A stretch of DNA of 11,835 nt from an uncultured bacterium (lineage in GTDB: Bacteria > Schekmanbacteria > GWA2-38-11 > J061). The position numbers and the translations under genes are program-made. Location of the stretch: contig CAZJVM010000039.1 of assembly GCA_964549305.1 (NCBI GenBank), positions 1 through 11,835 on the forward strand. The letters run 5' to 3'. Below, in pieces: positions 1 through 8,295 of the stretch; within the stretch, counting starts at the first letter, position 1; the number at the start of each line of letters is the position of its first letter. A model generated the notes under the pieces. That model did not search any database. It saw only the letters and a program-made list of their open reading frames with translations, and had not been told where the DNA came from.

Positions 1-264
1 TTTCCATAGTAAGAAGAAGGTCGTAAGAGTAGTTTTTTTTGTTAATTGTGTGGAAAGATTGCCAACTTAGCCTTTTGATGAGATTATTTCTTATCAGGAG
101 GTGAGTAAGGAAAAATAGCTTATATTTTTTTTACAAATACCGGGAAAAATAATTGACGTTCATCAGGAGGCAATCACCACGGAGAAAAAGAAGGTTACGA
201 AGGAAAGACAAAGTTTGAAAAATCTATTTTGGACAGGTATGAATGAATATAATAAATAATTGAA

Positions 265-1227
265 ATGGAAAAGATTGTCACATACTCCCGGTCGTGCACG
301 CTTATTTTAACTGAATTCTGTGCCAATTATTGCCTTTACTGCGGTTTCAGGAATGATGAGGGGAAACTGATAGAAGACGATGAAGCGCGAAAAATCCTCT
401 CCTTTGCAAAAGGGCGTGATTGCACCGAAATACTCGTTATGTCAGGAGAACGGCCTGAAGAGAGTCCTGAAATAGCAGATGCTTTGCGGAAAAAGGGGTA
501 TTCCGATTTTGTGGGATTTGCCGCGAATGTGTGTCGTATGATTTTAAAGACAGGGATGCTGTCCCATACGAATATTGGCGTATTGAGTTATGATGAGCTT
601 TCACGCCTGAAGGTTGTTAATGCATCGATGGGACTTATGATCGAAAGTACGAGTGAAGAAATTGCGCGCAAAATGCATCCGCGCAAGAATCCTTCAGAGC
701 GACTCAGGGTGCTTGATGATGCGGGAAGGTTGAAAATTCCCTTTACAACGGGGATTCTTGTGGGACTTGGCGAGAGGGGTGAAGACCGCGTTGAATCTCT
801 CAGGGAGATAATTGAAAGCCATTCAAGGTTTGATCAGGTGCAGGAAATTATTATTCAGAATTTCATTCCCAACAAACAATCAAAACTTAAAAAAACGGTT
901 CCTCTTAACATTGATGACTATGTTGAAATGATAGAGTATATAAGGGGAAATTCGGACATTGCTGTTCAGGTCCCTCAAAATCTGAATCCTTACTTCGCTA
1001 AACTTGTAAAATACGGTGTGTCCGATATCGGAGGAATCAGCGAGGCGGAAGACAGGATTAATCCTGAAAAACCGTGGGCAAGAGTGGGCGAGCTTGAAAA
1101 AATGATGAGCGCGCAAAATATCCGATTTAAAAGACGCCTTCCCATCTATCCGAAATATATAAAGAAAGGATGGTATTCAAGGGAAGTCGGTGTTGTTATT
1201 GATAAATTGTTGAAACATCTTGCATAA
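265..1227 (+). CDS. cofG: 7,8-didemethyl-8-hydroxy-5-deazariboflavin (F0) synthase subunit CofG-like radical SAM enzyme
   Basis: 320-aa ORF with N-terminal VTYSR followed by the radical SAM motif C19-x3-C23-x2-C26. Further CofG-type blocks occur in order: HTNIG, SMGLMIES, KNPSERL, IPFTTGILVGLGE, QEIIIQNF, DIGGIS...DRINPEKPW, RLPIYP. Confidence 0.82.
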   Translation: MEKIVTYSRSCTLILTEFCANYCLYCGFRNDEGKLIEDDEARKILSFAKGRDCTEILVMSGERPEESPEIADALRKKGYSDFVGFAANVCRMILKTGMLSHTNIGVLSYDELSRLKVVNASMGLMIESTSEEIARKMHPRKNPSERLRVLDDAGRLKIPFTTGILVGLGERGEDRVESLREIIESHSRFDQVQEIIIQNFIPNKQSKLKKTVPLNIDDYVEMIEYIRGNSDIAVQVPQNLNPYFAKLVKYGVSDIGGISEAEDRINPEKPWARVGELEKMMSAQNIRFKRRLPIYPKYIKKGWYSREVGVVIDKLLKHLA

Positions 1228-1272
1228 CCACAGTAAACCGAAAAATATAAAAGATTGATGCCGTTGCTTTTT

Positions 1273-1890
1273 TCATCCCAGCAGTCCCTCTATCTTCTGC
1301 ATTATGATGTCTGTTGCTTCTTTTGCCTGTTCCTTTTTGGAAATGCCCTCTTTTAGTGAAAAGGTGAGTTTTTCGCCGAAGGCAATCTCGATTTTCCTGG
1401 GACGGGGAATTAAATGGTGAGGCGCGTATGCTGTAAATGAACCTTTCACTGCCGTGGGAATTACCGGTGTGCCTGTAAGCAATGCCAATATCCCTGCACC
1501 GCTTTTCGCGGGCATAAGTCTTCCGTCCCTTGACCTTCCCCCTTCGGGAAATATGCAGAGCACTTTCCCCTGCTTCAAATACCTGATTGCCTGTTTCATA
1601 CTTCCCGGACCTTCCATTTCTTCTGCAACCGCGATGCACTCGGTGCTTTTGCAAAACCAGTTAATGAGCGGCTTGTTAAAAAATGTGTCAATGATGATAA
1701 AGCCGACTTTTCGTTTTATTCCCGCGCCGATTACAAGAGGGTCAATGAAGCTTGCGTGATTTGCCGCGACAAGAACGGGACCTTCTGAGGGAATATTTTC
1801 CTGTCCCCTGAAACTCAGTCTGAAATAGGTTTTAAAAAGAGGTACGCCGACAGCTTTTAGAAGTGAGTAGGAAGGACCTTTTTCTATCAT
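1273..1890 (-). CDS. plsC: Lysophospholipid acyltransferase (1-acyl-sn-glycerol-3-phosphate acyltransferase, PlsC family)
   Basis: 205 aa with catalytic NHASFID (HX4D), FPEGGRS block and TPVIPTAV block. Start codon overlaps the carA stop (ATGA). Confidence 0.88.
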   Translation of the reverse strand: MIEKGPSYSLLKAVGVPLFKTYFRLSFRGQENIPSEGPVLVAANHASFIDPLVIGAGIKRKVGFIIIDTFFNKPLINWFCKSTECIAVAEEMEGPGSMKQAIRYLKQGKVLCIFPEGGRSRDGRLMPAKSGAGILALLTGTPVIPTAVKGSFTAYAPHHLIPRPRKIEIAFGEKLTFSLKEGISKKEQAKEATDIIMQKIEGLLG

Positions 1891-3026
1891 TTGTCCTGTT
1901 TTTTACATTCCAGAATCAGCTTTCTGAAATTATCGAAAAGATAGCGTGAATCGTGGGGACCCGGTGATGCCTCGGGGTGGTACTGAACGGCGAAAGCGGG
2001 AATGTCGTTGCATCTGAAACCTTCGACGGTTTCATCGTTCAGATTTAAATGTGTAAGCTCAACATTTTTAAGGGAGTCGATATCCGCCGCAAAACCGTGG
2101 TTCTGTGAGGTTATCTCCACCTTTCCCGTTGCAAGTTCCTTTACGGGATGGTTTGCGCCGTGATGTCCGAATTTTAATTTATAAGTTTTTCCCCCGAGGG
2201 CAAGCGTCAGAATCTGAAGTCCGAGACAGATTCCAAAAACCGGTTTTTTCCCCAGAAGTTGTTCCACCGTTTTAATGGCGTATGGCACTCCCTCAGGGTC
2301 GCCGGGACCGTTTGAGAGAAAGACCCCGTCGGGGTCTTCGGCAAGAATCTCTTCCGGCTTCACATTGGCAGGGAAAACCTTAACCACGAGACCTTTTGAA
2401 GTCATCATTCTGAGAATATTCGATTTTATTCCCAAATCAATCGCGGCAATTTTAAACACTTCCCCGCCGGGCGCTTTACCTGCCTGTGCATATCCTTTTC
2501 CAAGACTCCATTCTCCCTCTTCCCACGAATAGGGCTCGGCACAGGTAACATCCTTTACAAGGTCCTCTCCCACGATGCCGGGGGCTGATTTGAGCTTTTT
2601 CATAAGACTCTCTTTGTCAAAATCAGTAGTTGAAATAATTCCCTGCTGTGAGCCTTCGGTGCGAAGCCTTTTTGTGAGCGCGCGCGTGTCGAGATGGTGA
2701 ATTCCCGATACGCCGTTTTCCTTAAGATAGTCGTCAAGCCTTTTTGTCGAGCGGAAATTGCTCGGATAATCACAGCATTCTTTCACTATGAGACCCGAAA
2801 GGAATATTTTCCTTGATTCAACATCTTCTTCGTTGATTCCGTAGTTTCCGATAAGGGGATAAGTCAGACAGACAATCTGTCCGTTATATGAAGGGTCGGT
2901 GAGAATTTCCTGATAACCGCTCATGCTCGTGTTGAAAACCACTTCACCTGTTTTTTCCTCGCCGGCGCCGAAACTTTCACACTCAAAAGCGGTGCCGTCC
3001 CCGAGAAGAAGAATTGCCTTTTTCAT
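1887..3026 (-). CDS. carA: Carbamoyl-phosphate synthase small (glutaminase) subunit
   Basis: 379 aa with GEVVFNTSMSGYQEILTDPSY, LSNGPGDP, catalytic GICLG, FGHHGANHPV, SQNHGFA and QYHPEASPGPHD. AAGGA lies upstream of the ATG. Confidence 0.97.
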   Translation of the reverse strand: MKKAILLLGDGTAFECESFGAGEEKTGEVVFNTSMSGYQEILTDPSYNGQIVCLTYPLIGNYGINEEDVESRKIFLSGLIVKECCDYPSNFRSTKRLDDYLKENGVSGIHHLDTRALTKRLRTEGSQQGIISTTDFDKESLMKKLKSAPGIVGEDLVKDVTCAEPYSWEEGEWSLGKGYAQAGKAPGGEVFKIAAIDLGIKSNILRMMTSKGLVVKVFPANVKPEEILAEDPDGVFLSNGPGDPEGVPYAIKTVEQLLGKKPVFGICLGLQILTLALGGKTYKLKFGHHGANHPVKELATGKVEITSQNHGFAADIDSLKNVELTHLNLNDETVEGFRCNDIPAFAVQYHPEASPGPHDSRYLFDNFRKLILECKKQDK

Positions 3027-3073
3027 TTATACTGTTTTCCTTCAAATAGAAGATTGCGTTGCGAATTTTTAAG

Positions 3074-3108
3074 CCGCTATATATCACTTTTCCTCGCCGT
3101 GATGTCAA
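3074..3108 (-). promoter_or_regulatory. Putative sigma70-type promoter for carA-plsC
   Basis: Minus strand reads TTGACA (3108-3103) followed by an AT-rich TGATATATA segment 16-19 bp downstream. The exact -10 register is ambiguous. Confidence 0.45.
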
Positions 3109-3187
3109 ATCAAAAAAGCCGTGGTGAAGATTGCGAATAACTATAGTGAAGTTACCACATTCCCCGTGTATTTGAAACTCTTTGATA

Positions 3188-3222
3188 TGGACATTGGCGC
3201 TGAAAAACTATATGTATAGCGG
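3188..3222 (+). promoter_or_regulatory. Putative promoter for the lipoprotein gene
   Basis: TGGACA (3188-3193) followed by TATATGTATA 15-17 bp downstream. It mirrors the carA promoter candidate. Confidence 0.35.
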
Positions 3223-3280
3223 ATATTTTTGAATGAAATTCGCTCTTTCATTTTTTTCTTTGTTTAACGGAGGCGCAAGC

Positions 3281-3772
3281 TTGAATATTTTTGCAAAAAT
3301 AACGGCAGTCACACTGCTTATCGTTTTCGTTGCCTGCGCGCCCAGAATAATGGTCTATCACGACGAGGATTCCGGCGAGGTTTTTATCTCGGGTGCGAGT
3401 CTTTATGACGCGGTGCCCCCTTTTGAGCATCCCGCGAAAATTTCCAGGGAAACGGTGGCGCGGATGATGAAGTCGATTAAATGTGAGGGGTTTGAAGCTT
3501 TTACGGAAAAAGAAATCGATGAATATTCCAAAAGAATTTCAAAGGCCTTCAGAAAATGCCGCACTGACAGCTTTGTCAGTTTTTATATTTCGGAAAAAAC
3601 GGTGCGCTATATTTCAGGGGGTGAGATTTACATCAAAAAAGGCAAAATAATCTGGTATTTTTATCCTGCAAGCGAAATTTATCTCAGAAGTCCTGTGGTA
3701 AGCGACAGACTGAAATGCCTTTCCATGAAGAGATATGTTTTCACTCTCTCGGGGCAGGAGTCTTCCCTTTAA
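3281..3772 (+). CDS. Hypothetical lipoprotein (163 aa from TTG start; ORF track gives 3233)
   Basis: GGAGG at 3269-3273 lies 7 nt before an in-frame TTG at 3281. This gives MNIFAKITAVTLLIVFVA-C, a typical signal peptide II with lipobox FVAC (Cys codon 3335-3337). Confidence 0.7.
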   Translation: MNIFAKITAVTLLIVFVACAPRIMVYHDEDSGEVFISGASLYDAVPPFEHPAKISRETVARMMKSIKCEGFEAFTEKEIDEYSKRISKAFRKCRTDSFVSFYISEKTVRYISGGEIYIKKGKIIWYFYPASEIYLRSPVVSDRLKCLSMKRYVFTLSGQESSL

Positions 3773-3775
3773 TCC

Positions 3776-6700
3776 TTATTTGCCCCTGAATTCCTTTGCC
3801 TGATATACGAATGCCTCGAGGCGGTTATCGGTGCCCGTGTCTTCCATTCCGTCATAGGCAATGTTAAGCCACGGTATGTTTCCCAGGTCTTTGCCCAGTT
3901 TTCTTGAGATTGCCGCTACTACAGTGCCCGGAAGGCAGGTAAAGGGGATGGCGTTAATTATTCCGTTGAGCCCTCTTTGTCCGTAATCGATGGCTTTGCC
4001 CACGCTTAAAATTGCTTCACCGTCAAAGGAAGGGTCCATATATTTTTTGCTTTGCCCGATAAGAATTTCCGTATCGGGTTCGCATCCGTTTTCAAGGAAA
4101 CCGTCAAATGTCTCGTAGAGTTTGTGTTCATACATCTTCTGTACCCTATCCTTTGCCGAAATCTTCAGAAGGTCTGTGTATTTTTTCCTGAAGCGGTTTC
4201 TTTTTTTATAGACATAATTGGCATAGAGAAACCATTCGCTCAGCGGCGCAACCCATGCTTCGGCGCCAAACTCTTCAACCTTTTTTATCAGATTCTGGTT
4301 CGCGAAGCGGTTGTTTCGGATATAGATTTCGCCGACGATACCGATTTTCGGCTTACCTCCGTTTCGCGATATGGCTATATCTGTAAATAGTTTTCTGCAG
4401 TGCTTTAGAGCCGAAACAAGGTCGCCGTTGCATTTTATTATATTACACACATACTTCAGGCAATGTTCGTAAACTTCATCGGTTTCCCCCTTTGTATTTT
4501 CATAGGGGCGCGACCTTCTTGCCGCTTTTTCCAGAATGTCAATGGCGACGATTCCCTTCCAGGCCAAAAGGTCGAATTTTTTTCCGAAAACATCGTCGCT
4601 GTAGGATTTTTCCGGCTCCAGGGAATAAATCTTCACATCTTCATACCCTTCTTCGTCAAGAAGCAGGCGCTGAAACTGATGATATTGCCCGAAACGGCAG
4701 GGACCTTCGGCAGAGGGCATAAAGAAGGCGATTTTTTCAGGAGGAAGCCCCGACTTTTTTATTGTCTTGAAAAGGTCGCCTGTGGTGAGGATGCAGGGAT
4801 AACATTCCTTGCCCGATGTATGCTCCCGTCCAAGCTGAACCGTCATATCGTCCGACTCGCTGATAATCTCCGCGTCCACATTGTTGTAATTGAAAGCCGC
4901 TTTAATGGCGAAGGAATGGTCTGTCATATTGGGAACGAAAATCGTGTGTCTGCGGTTTTTCATATGTTTCAGAATCAGTTTTCTTGCGTGCATCGACGAT
5001 TTTTTTGCCTGGCGGTAATTTTCCAGGCTGTCAAGAAATGCCTCGCACCGCGTTACCGCGCCGGCATCGGCGCTGTGCTCGTCGATTTCAATCTGGAGAA
5101 AGGGTTTACCCTTCATAATGTCCGAGAAGAAGTGACTGAGAAACGAATCGGGTCCGCAGCCGAAATTGGTTATGTAAACGGCGAAAAGATTCGGATGATT
5201 TCTTATATACTGTGCCGCCGAAAGAATCCGCTGTCCCGACTTCCAGTACATATTGGGATGATATGGTGAAATGTCTATTTCCCCGAGAGGCAGAAAATCC
5301 ATTGGTATCGTTCTTATCCCGAGAGCGTTCAACTTTTCAGGAAGCCCGAGATTAATCGATGAATCGAAACCGTTATAGGGCCTGCTTACGATTACAAGGG
5401 CTTTTTCATCTTCCGAGAGTGACTTTAAAAACTTTGTTCCGAATCTATCGAGGTTTTCATAAAACTTGTTTTGTATGTACGCGGCAACCCTGTATGCCTG
5501 AAGGTAGCGTGCCGCCGGTATGCCAAGCTCTTTTCCCATCTGCCTGAATGCCTTGAATCTTTGGCTGTCGTTTCCCTGAAGATGAAAAATCGGCTGAAGT
5601 ATGTCTATCTTTCCCGAATCGAGTCCCAGCGAGGAATTGATTATATAGGGAGATGCCTGCACATAGGGGCAGGTGTGATTTTCGGCAAATGATTTATTTT
5701 CCCTGAAAAGGCTTATAATGCTCGGCAGGAAGAGATAATCTATATCTTTTTCGAGCAGGTCGAGTACGTGTCCGTGTGCAACCTTTACGGGAAAGCAGGT
5801 TTCGGCAGCGACATTTTCCACGCCCTTTTCGATGATTGATTTGTTGGTTTTTTCCGAAAGCACCACCTCGTAGCCAAGCTCTTCGAAAAACGCTTTCCAC
5901 ATGGGGAAAAGTTCGAAGAAGTAGAGTATTCTCGGAATTCCCACGCGCTTTCCGTTTTTGGAAGGTTTTGTTTTCATTTGCGGGTTGAGCAGATATTCTT
6001 CGCGCAGTTTGAAGTAGTCCGCGTAAGATGATTTCTTCTTCTTTCTGTCTATGTCGTATTTTTCGCATCTCGACCCGTAGAAGAGCGGTTTTTCCCCTTC
6101 CATCGTTATCATTCGTATTTCACAGAGATTCGCGCAGTCCTTGCACTCGAAGGTCTTGACGGTGTATTTTCTCTTTGAAAGGTCAAATCCTTTGAAGGCG
6201 CTCTTTTCGGGGCAGTTTTCCTTAGCGAGAAGGGCTACTCCGATAGCGCCCGTTACATCGTGGTGTGGCGGTACGGTGATTTTTTTCCCCACAACCTTTT
6301 CAAATGCCGCAAGCACTCCCTTGTTGTATGCCACACCTCCCTGAAAGAATATTTTGTTGCCGATTTTTCTGTTCCCCACGACTCTGTTGAGGTAATTATA
6401 GACAATCGAATAGGAAAGCCCCGAAACAATGTCTTCACCTGCCGTGCCCTGCTGCTGCTGATGGACAATGTCCGACTCTATGAAAACGGTGCATCTTTCG
6501 CCAAGCTTAACGGGAGAGGCGGAGTTGAGGGCTATTTTGCTGAATTCTTCTTTTATGTTTACATTGAGTTTCTCCGCCTGCTCTTCAAGAAATGAACCTG
6601 TGCCCGCGGCGCACACCTTGTTCATTTCAAAATCGGAGACCACTCCTTCGCAAAGACTTATGTATTTCGAGTCCTGTCCGCCTATTTCGAATATGGTGTC

Positions 6701-7981
6701 GACCTCCGGGTCGATTGCAGCGGCGGCATTTGCCTGTGCCGTTATTTCATTTCTGATAATGTCCGCGCCCACAAGGTCTCCTGTGAGATATCTTCCCGAA
6801 CCTGTTGTTCCCACCGCGGCAACTTCCACCCGGTCTGCGATTTCGCTTCCGATTTCATCGAGTCCGTGTTTTATAGCTTCAATGGGCCTTCCTGCCGTCA
6901 TAAGGTAGCGGCGGGCGACAACTTCGCCATCGTTGTCTATTGCAACCACATTTGTGCTTATTGAGCCAACATCTATTCCGAGATAGACGCGAATTTTTCC
7001 GCCGTTTGCCTTTTTGTCGAGAGGATAGCTGTAACCGGGGTTGTGGAGGTAGCGGCTTTTTTCGATTTTAAGCGGATCGATAGTATTTGGTCGTGACGAC
7101 GAGGTGCTTTTATCGAGCTTTTTCAGGTCGCAGGCATCAACGGTGATTATTTTCTCCGGTTTTTCTTCCAAAAACGATAAGCCCGCGCCTATTGCGCCTG
7201 ATACGCCGTGATGTTCGTTTACGAGAAACTCCTCATCGCCGAGTCCGAGAATGTCTTTGAACGCCTTTATCATTCCCTTGTTGCTTGCGACCCCTCCCTG
7301 AAATGCAACGGGAGTTATGAATTCCTTTCCACGGGCGATACTGCTCTTGAAGTTTCTCGCAACCGCGTAGCATAGTCCCGCGACTATGTCGTAGTCGGGC
7401 GTGCCTATCTGCTGAAGGTGAATCATATCGCTCTTTGCAAAGACTGAGCATCTGCCCGCGATACGAGGCGGTTTTTCTGACTTCAGGGCAAGAGCGGAAA
7501 ATTCATCCTCTATGGAAATACCGAGGCGGTTTGCCTGCTGGTCGAGAAATGAGCCTGTGCCCGCGGCACATATAGTGTTTGTGGCAAAATCTTTTATTTT
7601 TACGCTATTATGTCCCGCGTGGTTTTCTGTGAGAATGAACTTTGAGTCCTGTCCGCCCATTTCAATGATGGTTTTTGCCTGAGGGTAGAGATATGCCGCC
7701 CCTTTTGCCTGCGCGATTACTTCGTTTACGAAGAAGGTGCCGAGAGTTTTACTGATGAGTTTTCCGCCCGCGCCTGTTGCGGCAACGGCGAGTTTACCTG
7801 ATGGAATTTCATCAAGAGCTTCCAGCAGGACCTGCTTTGCCACTGAAAGGGGGTTGCTGTGAAATCGTACGTAACGGGTTTTGATGATTTTACTGTTGCC
7901 GTTAAGAAGTGCAAGATTGACCGATACCGAACCTATATCAATCCCTGCAACAAAGCATTTTTCTCCATGCCCCTGATTCAT
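3776..7981 (-). CDS. Large acyl-CoA dehydratase activase-related protein (2x BcrAD/BadFG ASKHA ATPase + 2x reductase/dehydratase-like domains); PlsA-PlsR fusion / Ger-like
   Basis: Two activase repeats: GIDIGSVS..EMGGQDSK..CAAGTGSFLDQQA..RCSVF and GIDVGSIS..EIGGQDSK..CAAGTGSFLEEQA..RCTVF. Cys linker CKDCANLC..GSRCE. Then ETCFPVKVAHGH, CPY, SRPYN, FGCGPD, IDEH, and a second module ECYPC, GPCRFGQY, VGEIY, PFTCLP. ATG at 7981 is preferred over TTG at 7999 because GGGGGA lies just upstream of it. Confidence 0.9.
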   Translation of the reverse strand: MNQGHGEKCFVAGIDIGSVSVNLALLNGNSKIIKTRYVRFHSNPLSVAKQVLLEALDEIPSGKLAVAATGAGGKLISKTLGTFFVNEVIAQAKGAAYLYPQAKTIIEMGGQDSKFILTENHAGHNSVKIKDFATNTICAAGTGSFLDQQANRLGISIEDEFSALALKSEKPPRIAGRCSVFAKSDMIHLQQIGTPDYDIVAGLCYAVARNFKSSIARGKEFITPVAFQGGVASNKGMIKAFKDILGLGDEEFLVNEHHGVSGAIGAGLSFLEEKPEKIITVDACDLKKLDKSTSSSRPNTIDPLKIEKSRYLHNPGYSYPLDKKANGGKIRVYLGIDVGSISTNVVAIDNDGEVVARRYLMTAGRPIEAIKHGLDEIGSEIADRVEVAAVGTTGSGRYLTGDLVGADIIRNEITAQANAAAAIDPEVDTIFEIGGQDSKYISLCEGVVSDFEMNKVCAAGTGSFLEEQAEKLNVNIKEEFSKIALNSASPVKLGERCTVFIESDIVHQQQQGTAGEDIVSGLSYSIVYNYLNRVVGNRKIGNKIFFQGGVAYNKGVLAAFEKVVGKKITVPPHHDVTGAIGVALLAKENCPEKSAFKGFDLSKRKYTVKTFECKDCANLCEIRMITMEGEKPLFYGSRCEKYDIDRKKKKSSYADYFKLREEYLLNPQMKTKPSKNGKRVGIPRILYFFELFPMWKAFFEELGYEVVLSEKTNKSIIEKGVENVAAETCFPVKVAHGHVLDLLEKDIDYLFLPSIISLFRENKSFAENHTCPYVQASPYIINSSLGLDSGKIDILQPIFHLQGNDSQRFKAFRQMGKELGIPAARYLQAYRVAAYIQNKFYENLDRFGTKFLKSLSEDEKALVIVSRPYNGFDSSINLGLPEKLNALGIRTIPMDFLPLGEIDISPYHPNMYWKSGQRILSAAQYIRNHPNLFAVYITNFGCGPDSFLSHFFSDIMKGKPFLQIEIDEHSADAGAVTRCEAFLDSLENYRQAKKSSMHARKLILKHMKNRRHTIFVPNMTDHSFAIKAAFNYNNVDAEIISESDDMTVQLGREHTSGKECYPCILTTGDLFKTIKKSGLPPEKIAFFMPSAEGPCRFGQYHQFQRLLLDEEGYEDVKIYSLEPEKSYSDDVFGKKFDLLAWKGIVAIDILEKAARRSRPYENTKGETDEVYEHCLKYVCNIIKCNGDLVSALKHCRKLFTDIAISRNGGKPKIGIVGEIYIRNNRFANQNLIKKVEEFGAEAWVAPLSEWFLYANYVYKKRNRFRKKYTDLLKISAKDRVQKMYEHKLYETFDGFLENGCEPDTEILIGQSKKYMDPSFDGEAILSVGKAIDYGQRGLNGIINAIPFTCLPGTVVAAISRKLGKDLGNIPWLNIAYDGMEDTGTDNRLEAFVYQAKEFRGK

Positions 7982-8089
7982 AGAATAATCCCCCCGCAAT
8001 GGAGACGCAAAAAGATATTAAAGCATAATTAAAATGTGATAATTATTTAAAAAAAATCCGGAAATATATTTTTGAATTAAACTCTTAGA

Positions 8090-8117
8090 ATATTAGTTTA
8101 AAAAAAAATTCTGTCAA
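8090..8117 (-). promoter_or_regulatory. Putative sigma70 promoter for the activase gene
   Basis: Minus strand reads TTGACA (8117-8112), 16 bp, TAATAT (8095-8090), about 110 bp upstream of the start codon. Confidence 0.55.
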
Positions 8118-8255
8118 ACAAAATAAATGCACTTTCAAAAAAGAAACCTCCGGGCGCGATATTAACCGCCACGCATATGTTTATCCTAATTGTCTCGAAA
8201 AAGAATATATTTCGTGGATACAATGCGCAAGGAACTCAAAAAGTGTTACAGCGTC

Positions 8256-8285
8256 TTGACAAAATAATCGTGTGGTAGTTACATA
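8256..8285 (+). promoter_or_regulatory. Putative sigma70 promoter for the Cys-cluster gene
   Basis: Perfect TTGACA at 8256-8261. The -10 is weak or ambiguous within TGGTAGTTACATA. Confidence 0.4.
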
Positions 8286-8295
8286 AAAGCTTAAA

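Noticed and set aside
1-7. Possible start (ATG GAA) of a divergent gene at the left edge
   Set aside because: Only two codons are visible and there is no SD on the minus strand, so it cannot be supported.
1228-1272. Possible bidirectional terminator between cofG and plsC
   Set aside because: Only AAAAG...CTTTT complementarity; no stable GC-rich stem.
880-2532. ORFs 880-1116, 1196-1654, 1454-1759 and 2275-2532
   Set aside because: Shadow frames overlapping cofG, plsC and carA.
4052-7914. ORF-track ORFs inside the activase gene (e.g. 4463-5269 + 268 aa, 6468-6908 +, 5694-6068 -)
   Set aside because: Antisense or off-frame shadows of a strongly supported CDS, with no recognisable motifs.
6120-7960. 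Internal DNA similarity, e.g. CCTGTGCCCGCGGC near 6597 and 7554
   Set aside because: Explained by the duplicated activase domains (CAAGTG motif), not a repeat element.
8034-8052. Rex- or CRP-like site beginning TGTGA
   Set aside because: The second half-site (TCACA) is absent.
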